From positions 46,487,215 through 46,519,866 of the forward strand of contig NC_068989.1 of assembly GCF_001194135.2 (NCBI RefSeq): 32,652 bases of DNA, read 5' to 3'. The notes beneath the pieces are model-generated. The model was not told the origin of the DNA. It saw nothing but the letters and a program-made list of their open reading frames with translations, and did not search any database. The position numbers were made by a program, and so were the translations under genes. Every line of letters begins with the position of its first letter. The first letter of the stretch is position 1. This document shows, piece after piece, positions 11,331 through 21,623 of the stretch. Source of the DNA: Octopus bimaculoides. Its lineage: Eukaryota.

Positions 11331-11347
11331 AACATAACAATAATAAC

Positions 11348-11425
<78 letters not shown>

Positions 11426-11470
11426 AAGAAGAAGAAGAAGAAGAAGAAGAAGAAGAAGAAGAAGAATGAT

Positions 11471-11519
<49 letters not shown>
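11331..11519 (+). repeat. (TAA)n-(GAA)n-(TAA)n compound trinucleotide array
   Basis: Direct reading. Confidence 0.98.
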
Positions 11520-11907
11520 GCAATCCAAGGACTTTTAAGAAACTAGCGCTAGGGTAGTTTAATAATCTAATATAAGGCACATTTAACTCGGTAGAATGCG
11601 GTTTCATTGCTTCGGAAAATATCTAATAATCACAATTATAAAATCACGAAAATTAGCGAAACTGTTGAGGGAGAGCTGCGTAACATCCTATAAAACATAT
11701 TGATAATTATTGTACATAATTGATGCATTATAAGAGTTTGCAGTATTATGCGATATCACTTCTCTTAAATACTAGATCAGAGCGCAGTCCATATCAACAC
11801 CAAACCGATCTGTTCTCATACAATAATAACATATAATTCGAGTAAAAACCCTATCATTTAACCCAAGTTTATTAATAGAGTTTATTAATAACCCAAATTT
11901 ATTAATA

Positions 11908-12326
11908 GACGCAGGAGTGGCTGTGTGGTAAGTAGCTTGCTTACCAACCACATGGTTCCGGGTTCAGTCCCACTGCGTGGCATCTTGGGCAAGTGTCTTC
12001 TACTATAGCCTTGGGTCGACCAAAGCCTTGTGAGTGGATTTGGTAGACGGAAACTGAAAGAAGCCCGTCGTATATATGTATATATATATTCTGTGTGTGT
12101 GTTTGTGTGTGCGTGTTTGTCCCCCTAGCATTGCTTCATAACCGATGCTGGTGTGCTTATGTCCCCGTCATTTAGCGGTTCGGCAAAAGAGACCGATAGA
12201 ATAAGTACTAGGCTTACAAAGAATAAGTCCCAGGGTCGATTTGCTCGACTAAAGGCGGTGCTCCAGCATGGCAACAGTCAAATTACTGAAACAAGTAAAA
12301 GAGTAAAAGAGAGTAAAGTGAGAGTA
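11908..12326 (+). mobile_element. SINE family A, full-length
   Basis: Near-identical to 14753-15167 over the whole length; tail GAGTAAAAGAGAGTAAAGTGAGAGT. Confidence 0.95.
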
Positions 12327-13007
12327 ATGCTTAATTTGAATTTGTTACACAAAATGTACAAAATGCTGCAGTTGCGAAAATCAACATCAGCGGAACTTAA
12401 TTAACTAATACATGATAAAAAAGACAATATGGCCGGGCTTTAATCTTCAAGATTCGCATATAAAACAAGAAAGCTATAAAGCTATAAAGGGCCTCGCGAC
12501 GCGCATGCCTGTATTCTACATGAATATTTTACATACATGATTTACCCAAAGATTGAAAATACGACAATATATTTCGTGAGATAGTCAGAACGAAAATAGC
12601 CTGAACATAAGTGTATCGCTCAGGAGATTATCTGACTTAAGAAGATACTCACTGAAGGCGTAAACTATATCTGAAATTTGACAAAACAGCGTTCAAGAGA
12701 TATATCATTAAGAAAAGACAAGAAGTGAATACGAAACAACTAATAAAAGTAAGAACACTGGGAATGTAACCGAAGATAGGACTAGAACGAGAGAAACGCA
12801 TGAAGTAAATAACAAGAAACTAAAAACTACATGACTACTTAATACTGATCAACGAAACCGAACCCGATCAGCACAAACAGAATAAGTATAAAAGTGGATC
12901 TGAGAAAGATTCAAGAAAGAAATTCTAAAACTTTTAATCGTGAACTTGACTCTCCAAAATTATATATATTTCAAGAATTATAAAATGAAGGAAGGAACAG
13001 CAGAATC

Positions 13008-13117
13008 TTCTTGGAATCGAGATCGATAAAATAAAATAAGTACTAGTTGAGCACTGGGGTTTATGTAATGGACTAACTCCCTCCCCTGAAATTGCTGGCA
13101 TTGTGCCCAAAATTTGA
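13008..13117 (+). mobile_element. SINE family B, 3' fragment
   Basis: AATAAGTACTAGTTGAGCACTGGGGT...AAATTGCTGGCATTGTGCCCAAAATTTGA matches the family B body and tail. Confidence 0.75.
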
Positions 13118-13626
13118 CGCAATTTTTTGAGCTGAGAATCCGTAACTTAATGTCTTAAACTCGGACAGCGAAGACGCTAGCACAAACCCAGTTCAACTGT
13201 GTACACACTCGCGCGAATAAAAAGAAAAATACTGAACTGCTAGATAGAATCCTTCATCTTTACATTTCTCTTTGCGTTTCACTGCAAGAATTCAATAAAT
13301 ATTGTATCAAAGACGTGACATCAAATCTTCAAAGCTTGCAGCTGTATCTTTTCTGTAGAGTCTTTTGTAAACATCACTGAAGCATACTGTTTTTGATTGG
13401 GTTGGACTGAAAGAAGTGGGAGGAGATTTTCTACAAGTGATTCGGTTAGTTTCACACACATTAACAGATTGGTTCAATTAAACAGTTAAATAGAAGAACA
13501 GAAGATGCACCGAAATCATGTCTCACCCAACTGATCAACATTAGATCTGCTCGGAAGAACGTGTCACTAAAGAGAGAGTTTTTAACTGGCACGCACTCAA
13601 GAAGACATTGGAAGATAAGGGGTATA

Positions 13627-13659
<33 letters not shown>

Positions 13660-13677
13660 NNNNNNNNNNGGGGTATA

Positions 13678-13711
<34 letters not shown>

Positions 13712-13775
13712 TACGCACACACATACACACATACACACACACACTGACACACGCACATATACAGATAGATAGATA
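13627..13775 (+). repeat. (CA)n/(GATA)n microsatellite with a 10-N gap
   Basis: Direct reading. Confidence 0.9.
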
Positions 13776-13880
13776 AATATAGACATATGTTTGTAAATGC
13801 GATGTATGTACGTTTTTACACATTCTTCTATGAGTATATACGTGTGTATTGTGTCTATGTATAATAATAATAGTAATGGT

Positions 13881-13881
13881 G

Positions 13882-13943
<62 letters not shown>
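13881..13943 (+). repeat. (TAA)n microsatellite
   Basis: Direct reading. Confidence 0.97.
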
Positions 13944-13944
<1 letters not shown>

Positions 13945-13989
13945 GCCCTGATGCAGTACCAGACAGCGCCTTCGAAAAACGGTCAAACA

Positions 13990-14925
13990 AAAGTTATTCC
14001 ATCAAATTCCCTCTGTAGGTTAAAGAGGTTTTTGTTACTTTGTAACGCAATGAAGTCTGAATAAAAATTTTACCACCAGACGAGAGGTTGCGCCATGGCA
14101 GCTAATTTTGCTAATGTCTTCATAACGAAATACGAGGCACAGTTACTGAAGACATTCAAATCCCTACATGGTCCTGAACCAATACTCTGGTTATGGTTCA
14201 CTGATGACGTCTTTTTTTGCGGGGCGGGGAGAGAACCACAAGATAGTTTAACTGACTTCTTGCATTTCTGTGACTGTTATGCTTAAAACTAAGTCCAAAA
14301 TAAAATTTACATCTAGTTTTTCAAAAACTAGCTTTGATTTTTTGGACACAAGAGTTATGTGAGTTATGTTTCCTGGGGACAGAATTGTGACTGAATTATT
14401 TTACAAGCCCACGTCATCTCACATTGACCACCGCCACTCCGATCAACCATATCATATAATTTCGGTCAAATCAGAGATCCCAATTTTTTAGAATAAAATG
14501 GATTTGTACTGACATAGGGGATTACTGGAAACATGCAAATGCTTTTATACACCATTATGTCAAACGCAGTTACATTGAATCACTATTCACTGGAAATAGC
14601 ATATGAAATAGCTAAGATTAGCAAAGACAGTCAAACCTTCACGCATAATTTTAGCAAACACGATACAATATGTAACATAATTCCTTTAGTGATTAACTGG
14701 CACCGAAATTTCGCTGTCATTTCCAAAGCGTTGCATGAAAGTTACCAGCATAGGCACAGGAGTGGCTGTGTGGTAAGTAGCTTGGTTACCAACCACATGG
14801 TTCCGGGTTCAGTCCCACTGCCTGGAACCTTGGGCAAGTGTCTTCTACTATAGCCTCGGGCAGACCAAAGCCTAGTGAGTGGATTTGATACACGGAAACT
14901 GAAAGAAGCCCATCGTATATATATG

Positions 14926-14956
<31 letters not shown>

Positions 14957-15560
14957 TTGTGTGTCTGTGTTTGTTCCCCCAACATCGCTTGACGATCGAT
15001 GCTGGTGTGTTTACGTCCCCGTAACTTAGCGGTTCGGCAAAAAGAGACCGATAGAATAAGTACTAGGCTACCAAAGAATAAGTCCTGGGGTCGATTTGCT
15101 CGACTAAAAGGCGGTACTCCAGCATGGCCGCAGTCAAGTGACTGAAACAAGTAAAGAGTAAAAGAGTATATTGCAGGAATATATCCTCGTTTCAAACAGA
15201 TATTTCCTCAGCCAACTATTGTCGCCTTATGACGGAATAAAAATATAAAAGAACTATTGACCTCTATTTCTGACTCCAAGAAAACTAACAGTGGAGTATC
15301 TGTACGATGTAATTTGAAAAATAGCCGCAAGAGAGGTAAGCCCTGTTCATTGTGCAACAACAAGAGTGAAGCGGGTGAAGCGAATTCCATCAGGTATCAT
15401 AACAAAAATGTCATGATTTATACAGATGGTGGGACGTGTAGAGATTCCCATTTGGTGTACGCTGCAGAATGCACGAAACACAACTTGATTTCTGTTGGTT
15501 ATGCAGCAGAACAATTAAACAATAGATCTGAAATTATAATGACGAAATTAGATGCTGAAA
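13990..15560 (+). mobile_element. Decayed Penelope-like element (RT C-terminal half plus GIY-YIG endonuclease), interrupted by a SINE
   Basis: KFYHQTRGCAMAANFANVF (RT4), PILWLWFTDDVFF (RT5), IKFTSSFSKTSFDFLDT, TELFYKPTSSH, IPLVINWH, FKQIFPQPTIVAL*RNKNIKELL and TCRDSHLVYAAECTKHNLISVGYAAEQLNNR (GIY-YIG-like). The domain order is diagnostic of Penelope-like elements. Confidence 0.88.
14753..15167 (+). mobile_element. SINE family A, full-length, with an ATA TSD, inserted in the Penelope ORF
   Basis: ATA at 14750-14752 and 15168-15170. Removing 14753-15170 (418 bp) rejoins the Penelope frame (YQH-IAGIY-PRFKQIFP). Confidence 0.95.
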
Positions 15561-16581
15561 TTTTTGGTAAGCATTTGCTCAAGTTATGAAGTAGTTACAG
15601 AAGTATAAAACTAAAGAAAACAACCCCGCCCCAAATTGTTTTCTTTTGTTGTTTCGTTTTTGAATATTTAAATCTTTTTTTTTTTTTGATATATCATAAC
15701 GGATTGAATTACCAAGCTGACATAAGGACGGTTGTTTTCTCTGTACCCTGCATTCATGCTTTAATTATGTCATGTGCTATTGATTATGCTAATAATTATT
15801 GTCAAGTACCCGCTAGAGAATTCCAATTGACCAGCCTACTTTCGCACTGAAAATGTTGCAGAAATCGGATGTTCAACATTTTTATTAGCGTTTTATCAAA
15901 ATATACATGCTAATAACCAAAATATAAAGAAACAAGAGCGTCAAATCAAAAATGAAAAATTTTGCTTTCCGTCATGATTTTCTCTTTCGAGTATTTATGA
16001 TTCCTCCAGTCCGAAATGTCAGACATAATTTCTGGAAGGACTTATAAAATCGGTGTGAATTACGAAACCTATATATGGACACCATATCCTATTGCATAGT
16101 CTATAATATGCTTAGCTTTCACACTAAGAGACCGGGTGCAGTGAATTTGGAAAACAGTGTCATATTTTATTTCCACCGAACCACAAAATATAATGCAACA
16201 AGACAGTCAACCGTTATAAAGGAGATTCAATTCAGATGCTTTGATATAATCTCAAAGAAATCTATTCAATCTGAAATGTCTCTATCTCTTTCTTTCTCTC
16301 TTTCGTCGTTTTAAACTATGTTTAGAAAATTATATAAACGTAAGCATATTCTTATGAATTTCAAAAGATTGATGGTAGTAGAAAGCACCTATTGAGGCTA
16401 TGCATAGACTATTTAAGTGGGTTATGATAACCCTGTATTATTACCGCAGCATATCTTAAATGAATGTAATCGCCATTGTATATAATTTGGTAAGTAAAGG
16501 AAGGCAAGATAGGAAATATTCTAACACGTAGAATGAATTTTGGCTTCTAATATGTCATATAGTTGAAGATATATTATAGAC

Positions 16582-16900
16582 CAGGGGTCCCCAAACACCG
16601 AGCCGCAAACTAGTACTGGGTGGTTAGATCATTTGGTACCGGGCTGGACACAGAGGATAAATTTTTTAAATTTCATTTCTCTTTAGTTGACTTATGCAGT
16701 CTGCAAGGTGTTTTACATTATATATATATATATATATATATTTAATAAATTATATATCAGGCACTTTATTGCGTTTTGTTATGCGCATTATATCCCGGCT
16801 CGTGCGTGGAAAGCATGTCTTGCAAGAAACCGGTATGTTGTGAAAAAGAGATTGGAACTGCTGTTCGGGAATATTCAACCTAACCTAGTGGCAAAAGCAT
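16582..16900 (+). mobile_element. Probable hAT (Charlie-like) non-autonomous fragment
   Basis: Begins CAGGGGTCCCCAAA after TTATAGAC, a Charlie-type TIR and target context. RNRYVVKKRLELLFGNIQPNLVAK resembles a Charlie transposase C-terminus. I could not find a matching right TIR. Confidence 0.4.
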
Positions 16901-18195
16901 TTAAACCAAAAATAGGATAAAATAATGAATAATGAGCATTTTATAAAGTTAACGAATTCCGCCCTAACTATGTTATAATATATTTCTTAAGTAAAAAAAA
17001 AACTCTAGAAAATTTATTCCTAACGTCGAATATGTGTCAGGTAAAATATCTGTCGTTGTTCAAATCAATAAATGTACAGTAAGATCCATGTAAGTGGGAA
17101 TCCAAGTACTACAGAGTTCCAGTTGTAAACCGGATGGAGTTTGGTGGTGAGGTATTTTGTGAGAGGTGGCAATAGTCCAAGAAGTAGGTCGGAAAGGAGA
17201 TGAAGGTCCGAAAGAGGTGGGGCCTCAGCATGACTTGACAGTTTAATTCAGACATATATTTTTGTCCTCCCCTCTTCAATCATTTCTGTAGAAAAGCGAA
17301 GGCTCCAATCGTTAAAGACTTTTATTTTTTCCTGAAAGTTAAACTGATACATTTTGTTTGATATTCTTTCACCACGTCTTTATGTTTTGTTTTTTTTATT
17401 TTGCTTTATCTCAGATCATAACTGCCCGACGAACGGGAACGTGAAACTCTGAGTAGCAACCTTTTTGTTTACACTTTTGCAGATTTAATTAAAAAAGCAT
17501 ATTACTCTACCTTCGGTATTCGAGTACTATTTTTCCACCTTGTCTTGCATTTACGTGCTTACTCGTGTATAAACATACATATATATATATATANNNNNNN
17601 NNNNNNNNNNNNNNNNNNNNNNNNNNNNNNNNNNNNNNNNNNNNNNNNNNNNNNNNNNNNNNNNNNNNNNNNNNNNNNNNNNNNNNNNNNNNNNNNNNNN
17701 NNNNNNNNNNNNNNNNNNNNNNNNNNNNNNNNNNNNNNNNNNNNNNNNNNNNNNNNNNNNNNNNNNNNNNNNNNNNNNNNNNNNNNNNNNNNNNNNNNNN
17801 NNNNNNNNNNNNNNNNNNNNNNNNNNNNNNNNNNNNNNNNNNNNNNNNNNNNNNNNNNNNNNNNNNNNNNNNNNNNNNNNNNNNNNNNNNNNNNNNNNNN
17901 NNNNNNNNNNNNNNNNNNNNNNNNNNNNNNNNNNNNNNNNNNNNNNNNNNNNNNNNNNNNNNNNNNNNNNNNNNNNNNNNNNNNNNNNNNNNNNNNNNNN
18001 NNNNNNNNNNNNNNNNNNNNNNNNNNNNNNNNNNNNNNNNNNNNNNNNNNNNNNNNNNNNNNNNNNNNNNNNNNNNNNNNNNNNNNNNNNNNNNNNNNNN
18101 NNNNNNNNNNNNNNNNNNNNNNNNNNNNNNNNNNNNNNNNNNNNNNNNNNNNNNNNNNNNNNNNNNNNNNNNNNNNNNNNNNNNNNNNNNNNNNN

Positions 18196-18236
<41 letters not shown>

Positions 18237-18262
18237 AAGAGAGAGCGATAGAGAGAGAGAGA
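18196..18262 (+). repeat. (GA)n microsatellite
   Basis: Direct reading. Confidence 0.95.
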
Positions 18263-18408
18263 GCGGGTTCTTTCAGTTTCCGTCTACTCAGTTCACTCAG
18301 ACAGCATTGGTCGGAGCAGGACTATAGTAGAAGACACTTGCCAAAAGTGCTGAACCCGGTGATGGTGGTTGCAAAGCAAACTTCTCAACCACACAGACAT
18401 GCCAGCGC
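18263..18408 (-). mobile_element. SINE family A, diverged 5' half
   Basis: The reverse complement aligns with the head through GTAGACGGAAACTGAAAGAA. Confidence 0.85.
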
Positions 18409-19741
18409 TTATATAATGAAGTTATATGAAAGAAAGTGCGTGGTCTGTCCAAGAGCGAAGTTAACTGTCAGAAAATGTGTGGTGTCGTCTATAATAAAGA
18501 TGAACATAAAATCTATGATAGAACCAATGATAGAACCAGTGCTCGATTAGCCATTAGGCAAAATAAGCACGTGCTAAGGGCATCAAAGAAAGGCAGCAAC
18601 ACAGAAATGTTAAATGGTTACAGCACAAAAAAACCCCCTTTAAACCTGCTTGTAAATATAATTTTAAAGTGATTGGAAATATAATTTCAAAATGTTCTTG
18701 GTGTCATAATGATGATCTTATCAAAGACTTTGCAATTAAACATAGTAGGAGGAAATTTTTCAAGTATAAATAAAGTGGAAGTATACTAAAATAAACAGTG
18801 TAACCTACTGTAAGTTTCGTTTTATTTCGAAAATAAAATTCATGTAATAGTTTATTATTTTTTTAAATTTTAAATTTTACATATATGGAGTCACCAAGCC
18901 CTTTTAAATTCTTAGTGCTTTTATAGGTTTTAGTTCAGCCCTGGACAGAATGTATGTTGTCTTGTCTATACTGGAGTTGGACATTAGAATATATCCTATC
19001 TGGTCCCTGTTGAAGCTGAAGTTGAGAATATGTGTGGTTTATTCTACAATCAAACCAAATAAAATTCAGCAAGTCTAAATGGTAACCATGGGATCTCTAG
19101 ACGTCATTGTGTTTATTTCGAAGGGTGTTAATAAATCAACACATTATTTCAAGGCAATATTCGATACAGACAAATGTATAGAATTATTTAACATAATTTA
19201 TGTAGAATTAACGAATTTATATATTGTTCTAATCTCGTACGTAATTGCCCATTGAATTAATTAACACATTCTTATATTCTCAGTAATGTGAGATGTAGTG
19301 TATATCGCATATATTAATACATATTCGCAGCGGCGTAGGGTGTAATGTGTAAAGAATTAATTAATATATGGTGCGCTGCTTAATGCTAATAGAACTACTT
19401 GATTTATATACCAAATTCTGTGCTTCATAAGTTTCCTTGTTTGCTTATTACCTAAACAATAGCGTCAGAGTTGTCTCATAAATAAGTTCGAGAGAAAGAA
19501 CATTCCTCATTCTATGTGCAGTGACGGTGCAGGGGATCCGGCAAAGTTCAAATCGCACGACCACATTTACTGGAGCAAGGTAGTTTTATGATAATACTAC
19601 AAACAATGATAACTAACGAATCTATTAAAACCGAATATTTTACTTTTAAATACAATGCAACGGACGCGCAAGGAATTTTAGGTGGCCGCTGTCACATACG
19701 ACATATATAGGGCATTTCGAAATCTGGTGGAGCTCATCTCA

Positions 19742-19974
19742 TTTCAATACTGCCCACTAGGGGTTACACACAGAGGGGACAAACAAGGACAGACAAACGA
19801 ATTAAGTCGATTATATCGACCCCAGTGTGTAAATGGTACTTATTTAATCGACCCCGAAAGGATGAAAGGCAAAGTCGACCTCGGCGGAATTTGAACTCAG
19901 AACGTAGCAGCAGACGAAATACTGCTAAGCATTTCGCCCGGCGTGCTAACGTTTCTGCCAGCTCGCCGCCTTTC
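19742..19974 (-). mobile_element. SINE family B, intact young copy with a 15-bp TSD
   Basis: GTGGAGCTCATCTCA at 19727-19741 and 19975-19989. Box A-like TGGCAGAAACG and box B-like GTTCAAATTCC. Confidence 0.95.
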
Positions 19975-20067
19975 GTGGAGCTCATCTCACTCTATGTCTG
20001 GACACAGCCAATTGCTTCCATAAAGAGAAAGAAGTTAAGAGTTTCTAACTTAGTAAAGGAGTAATAC

Positions 20068-20113
20068 TTTATTTATCGACTCTATAAGGATAAAAGGCAA
20101 AGTTGAACTCGGC
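20068..20113 (-). mobile_element. SINE family B, short internal fragment
   Basis: TTATTTATCGACTCTATAAGGATAAAAGGCAAAGTTGAACTCGGC matches the body of 19742-19974. Confidence 0.6.
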
Positions 20114-20249
20114 TATTCTTGATTTCAGTTTGGCGAAACCTGGGGCGATTACTACAACTAGTGTGAGATTTTTTTCTGCATTCTGCCCTCTGAACCTTAT
20201 TTACCTTATTTACATTCGACAGATATTTGTCCTCATCTTGTTTGTTATT

Positions 20250-20295
20250 AACACAACGTTTCGGTTGATATACCCTACAGCCTTCTTCAGGTGTC
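20250..20295 (-). ncRNA. Minimal type I hammerhead ribozyme (left arm; one mismatch in stem II)
   Basis: Minus strand reads GACAC CUGAAGA A GGCUG UAGGGUAUAU CAACC GAAAC GUU GUGUU. Confidence 0.6.
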
Positions 20296-20412
20296 TTGGG
20301 GAAATTTCAAACCTGGGTTCTCACTCCTAAGGTATTTTCGATGTTATTACTATTATTGTTGTTGTTGTTAGTGTTCAAGTCACTGCTTGGATCCAAGCAG
20401 TGACCTGAACAC

Positions 20413-20463
<51 letters not shown>

Positions 20464-20620
20464 NNNNNNNNNNNNNNNNNNNNNNNNNNNNNNNNNNNNN
20501 NNNNNNNNNNNNNNNNNNNNNNNNNNNNNNNNNNNNNNNNNNNNNNNNNNNNNNNNNNNNNNNNNNNNNNNNNNNNNNNNNNNNNNNNNNNNNNNNNNNN
20601 NNNNNNNNNNNNNNNNNNNN

Positions 20621-20748
20621 CATCCTACGCAAAGCACTTTCAATAGAGTAACCATAAGAGCATCACAGCAAGCTACAGCACATACCCAAGGCACACAGAG
20701 TTGCGCTCGGTAGTGAAGTGAAAGCACGCTGTAAAAATAAAACTACTG
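20621..20748 (+). mobile_element. 3' end of an R4/Dong-clade element between two (TAA)n tracts
   Basis: Reads ILRKALSIE*, matching the R4-clade C-terminal (GTAH)ILRKVL motif. It is followed by a 3' UTR of about 100 bp ending ACTACTG and then (AAT)n. The 5' part is hidden in gap 20464-20620. Confidence 0.7.
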
Positions 20749-20783
20749 AATAATAATAATAATGATGATGATGATGATGATAA

Positions 20784-20830
<47 letters not shown>

Positions 20831-20877
20831 TCGAAAAATACCTTAGGAATGAGAACCCAGGTTTGAAATTTCCCCAA

Positions 20878-20923
20878 GACACCTGAAGAAGGCTGTAGGA
20901 TATATCAGCCGAAACGTTGTGTT
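20878..20923 (+). ncRNA. Minimal type I hammerhead ribozyme (right arm)
   Basis: Stem I GACAC/GUGUU, core CUGAAGA, extra A, stem II GGCUG/CAGCC, GAAA, and self-complementary AACGUU in place of stem III. Predicted cleavage at GUU after 20918. Confidence 0.72.
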
Positions 20924-21130
20924 AACAGCAAACAAGATGGGGACAAATATCCGTCAAACGTAAATAATGTAAATAATGTACATAATTCCTCATCTCTGAA
21001 ATATAGAACTGTATTCTGCCCTCTGAGTTCAAATACTGAAATGCATACTAAAGTATATAATACTTTAACAAGTTGACAAATTCACTGCCTTGTTTAGATA
21101 TATAACATATTGTAATATGTTATACAATTT

Positions 21131-21310
21131 AAGGATGGCGGGAGTGGTATTTCGTCCGTCTTCAAAATCTGAGTTCAAATACCATCGAGTTCGAATATGC
21201 TTTTCATCCCTTTCGAGGTCAATAAAATAAGCGCCAGTTGAGCACTGGGATCGATGTAATCGATTTATCCCTTCCTCGAGATTGGTGGCCTTGTTCCGAA
21301 ATATGAAATC
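21131..21310 (+). mobile_element. SINE family B, diverged copy with an internal head deletion
   Basis: GAGTTCAAATACC...TTTCATCCCTTTCGAGGTCAATAAAATAAGCGCCAGTTGAGCACTGGGATCGATGTAATCGA...GGCCTTGTTCCGAAATATGAAA. Confidence 0.85.
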
Positions 21311-21457
21311 AGTATGTTATACTACCTACCCAGAAATTGTGTAAACTCTAACCGTTAAGCTATTTTCCATAACTACTTAAATATACTTTCTCATACGGGA
21401 TTAATTAATGTCCACTATACTGTAACATACTTGTGGCAAAAAAAAAAAAAAAATATC

Positions 21458-21623
21458 GGGAGTGGCTGTGTGGTAAGTATGTTGCTTACCAACCACATGA
21501 TTCCGGGTTCAGTCCCACTGCGTGGCACCTTGGGAAAATGTCTTCTACTATAGCTTCGGGCCCACCAAAGCCTTGAGTGGATTTGGTAGACGGAAACTGA
21601 AAGAAGCCTGTCTTATATATGTA
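21458..21623 (+). mobile_element. SINE family A, 5' half running into a gap
   Basis: Matches the other family A heads. Confidence 0.92.

Larger units (their letters stand above)
20194..21012. mobile_element. Head-to-head fold-back element with one hammerhead per arm and a 14-bp TSD (probably mobilised by a Penelope-like element)
   Basis: ATTCTGCCCTCTGA at 20180-20193 and 21013-21026. About 150 bp of the left arm (20194-20346) is the reverse complement of about 20826-20980. Central palindrome at 20368-20415. Confidence 0.85.

Noticed and set aside
13620-13700. Direct repeat GGGTATACACACATACAC on both sides of a 10-N gap
   Set aside because: Typical overlapping contig ends, so an assembly artefact.
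15560-16070. Possible MITE or DNA-transposon relic after the Penelope remnant
   Set aside because: No TIR pair or TSD could be identified.
3975-21623. tRNA genes at box A/box B motifs
   Set aside because: Each continues into a shared SINE body, and I cannot build a full cloverleaf with an acceptor stem.
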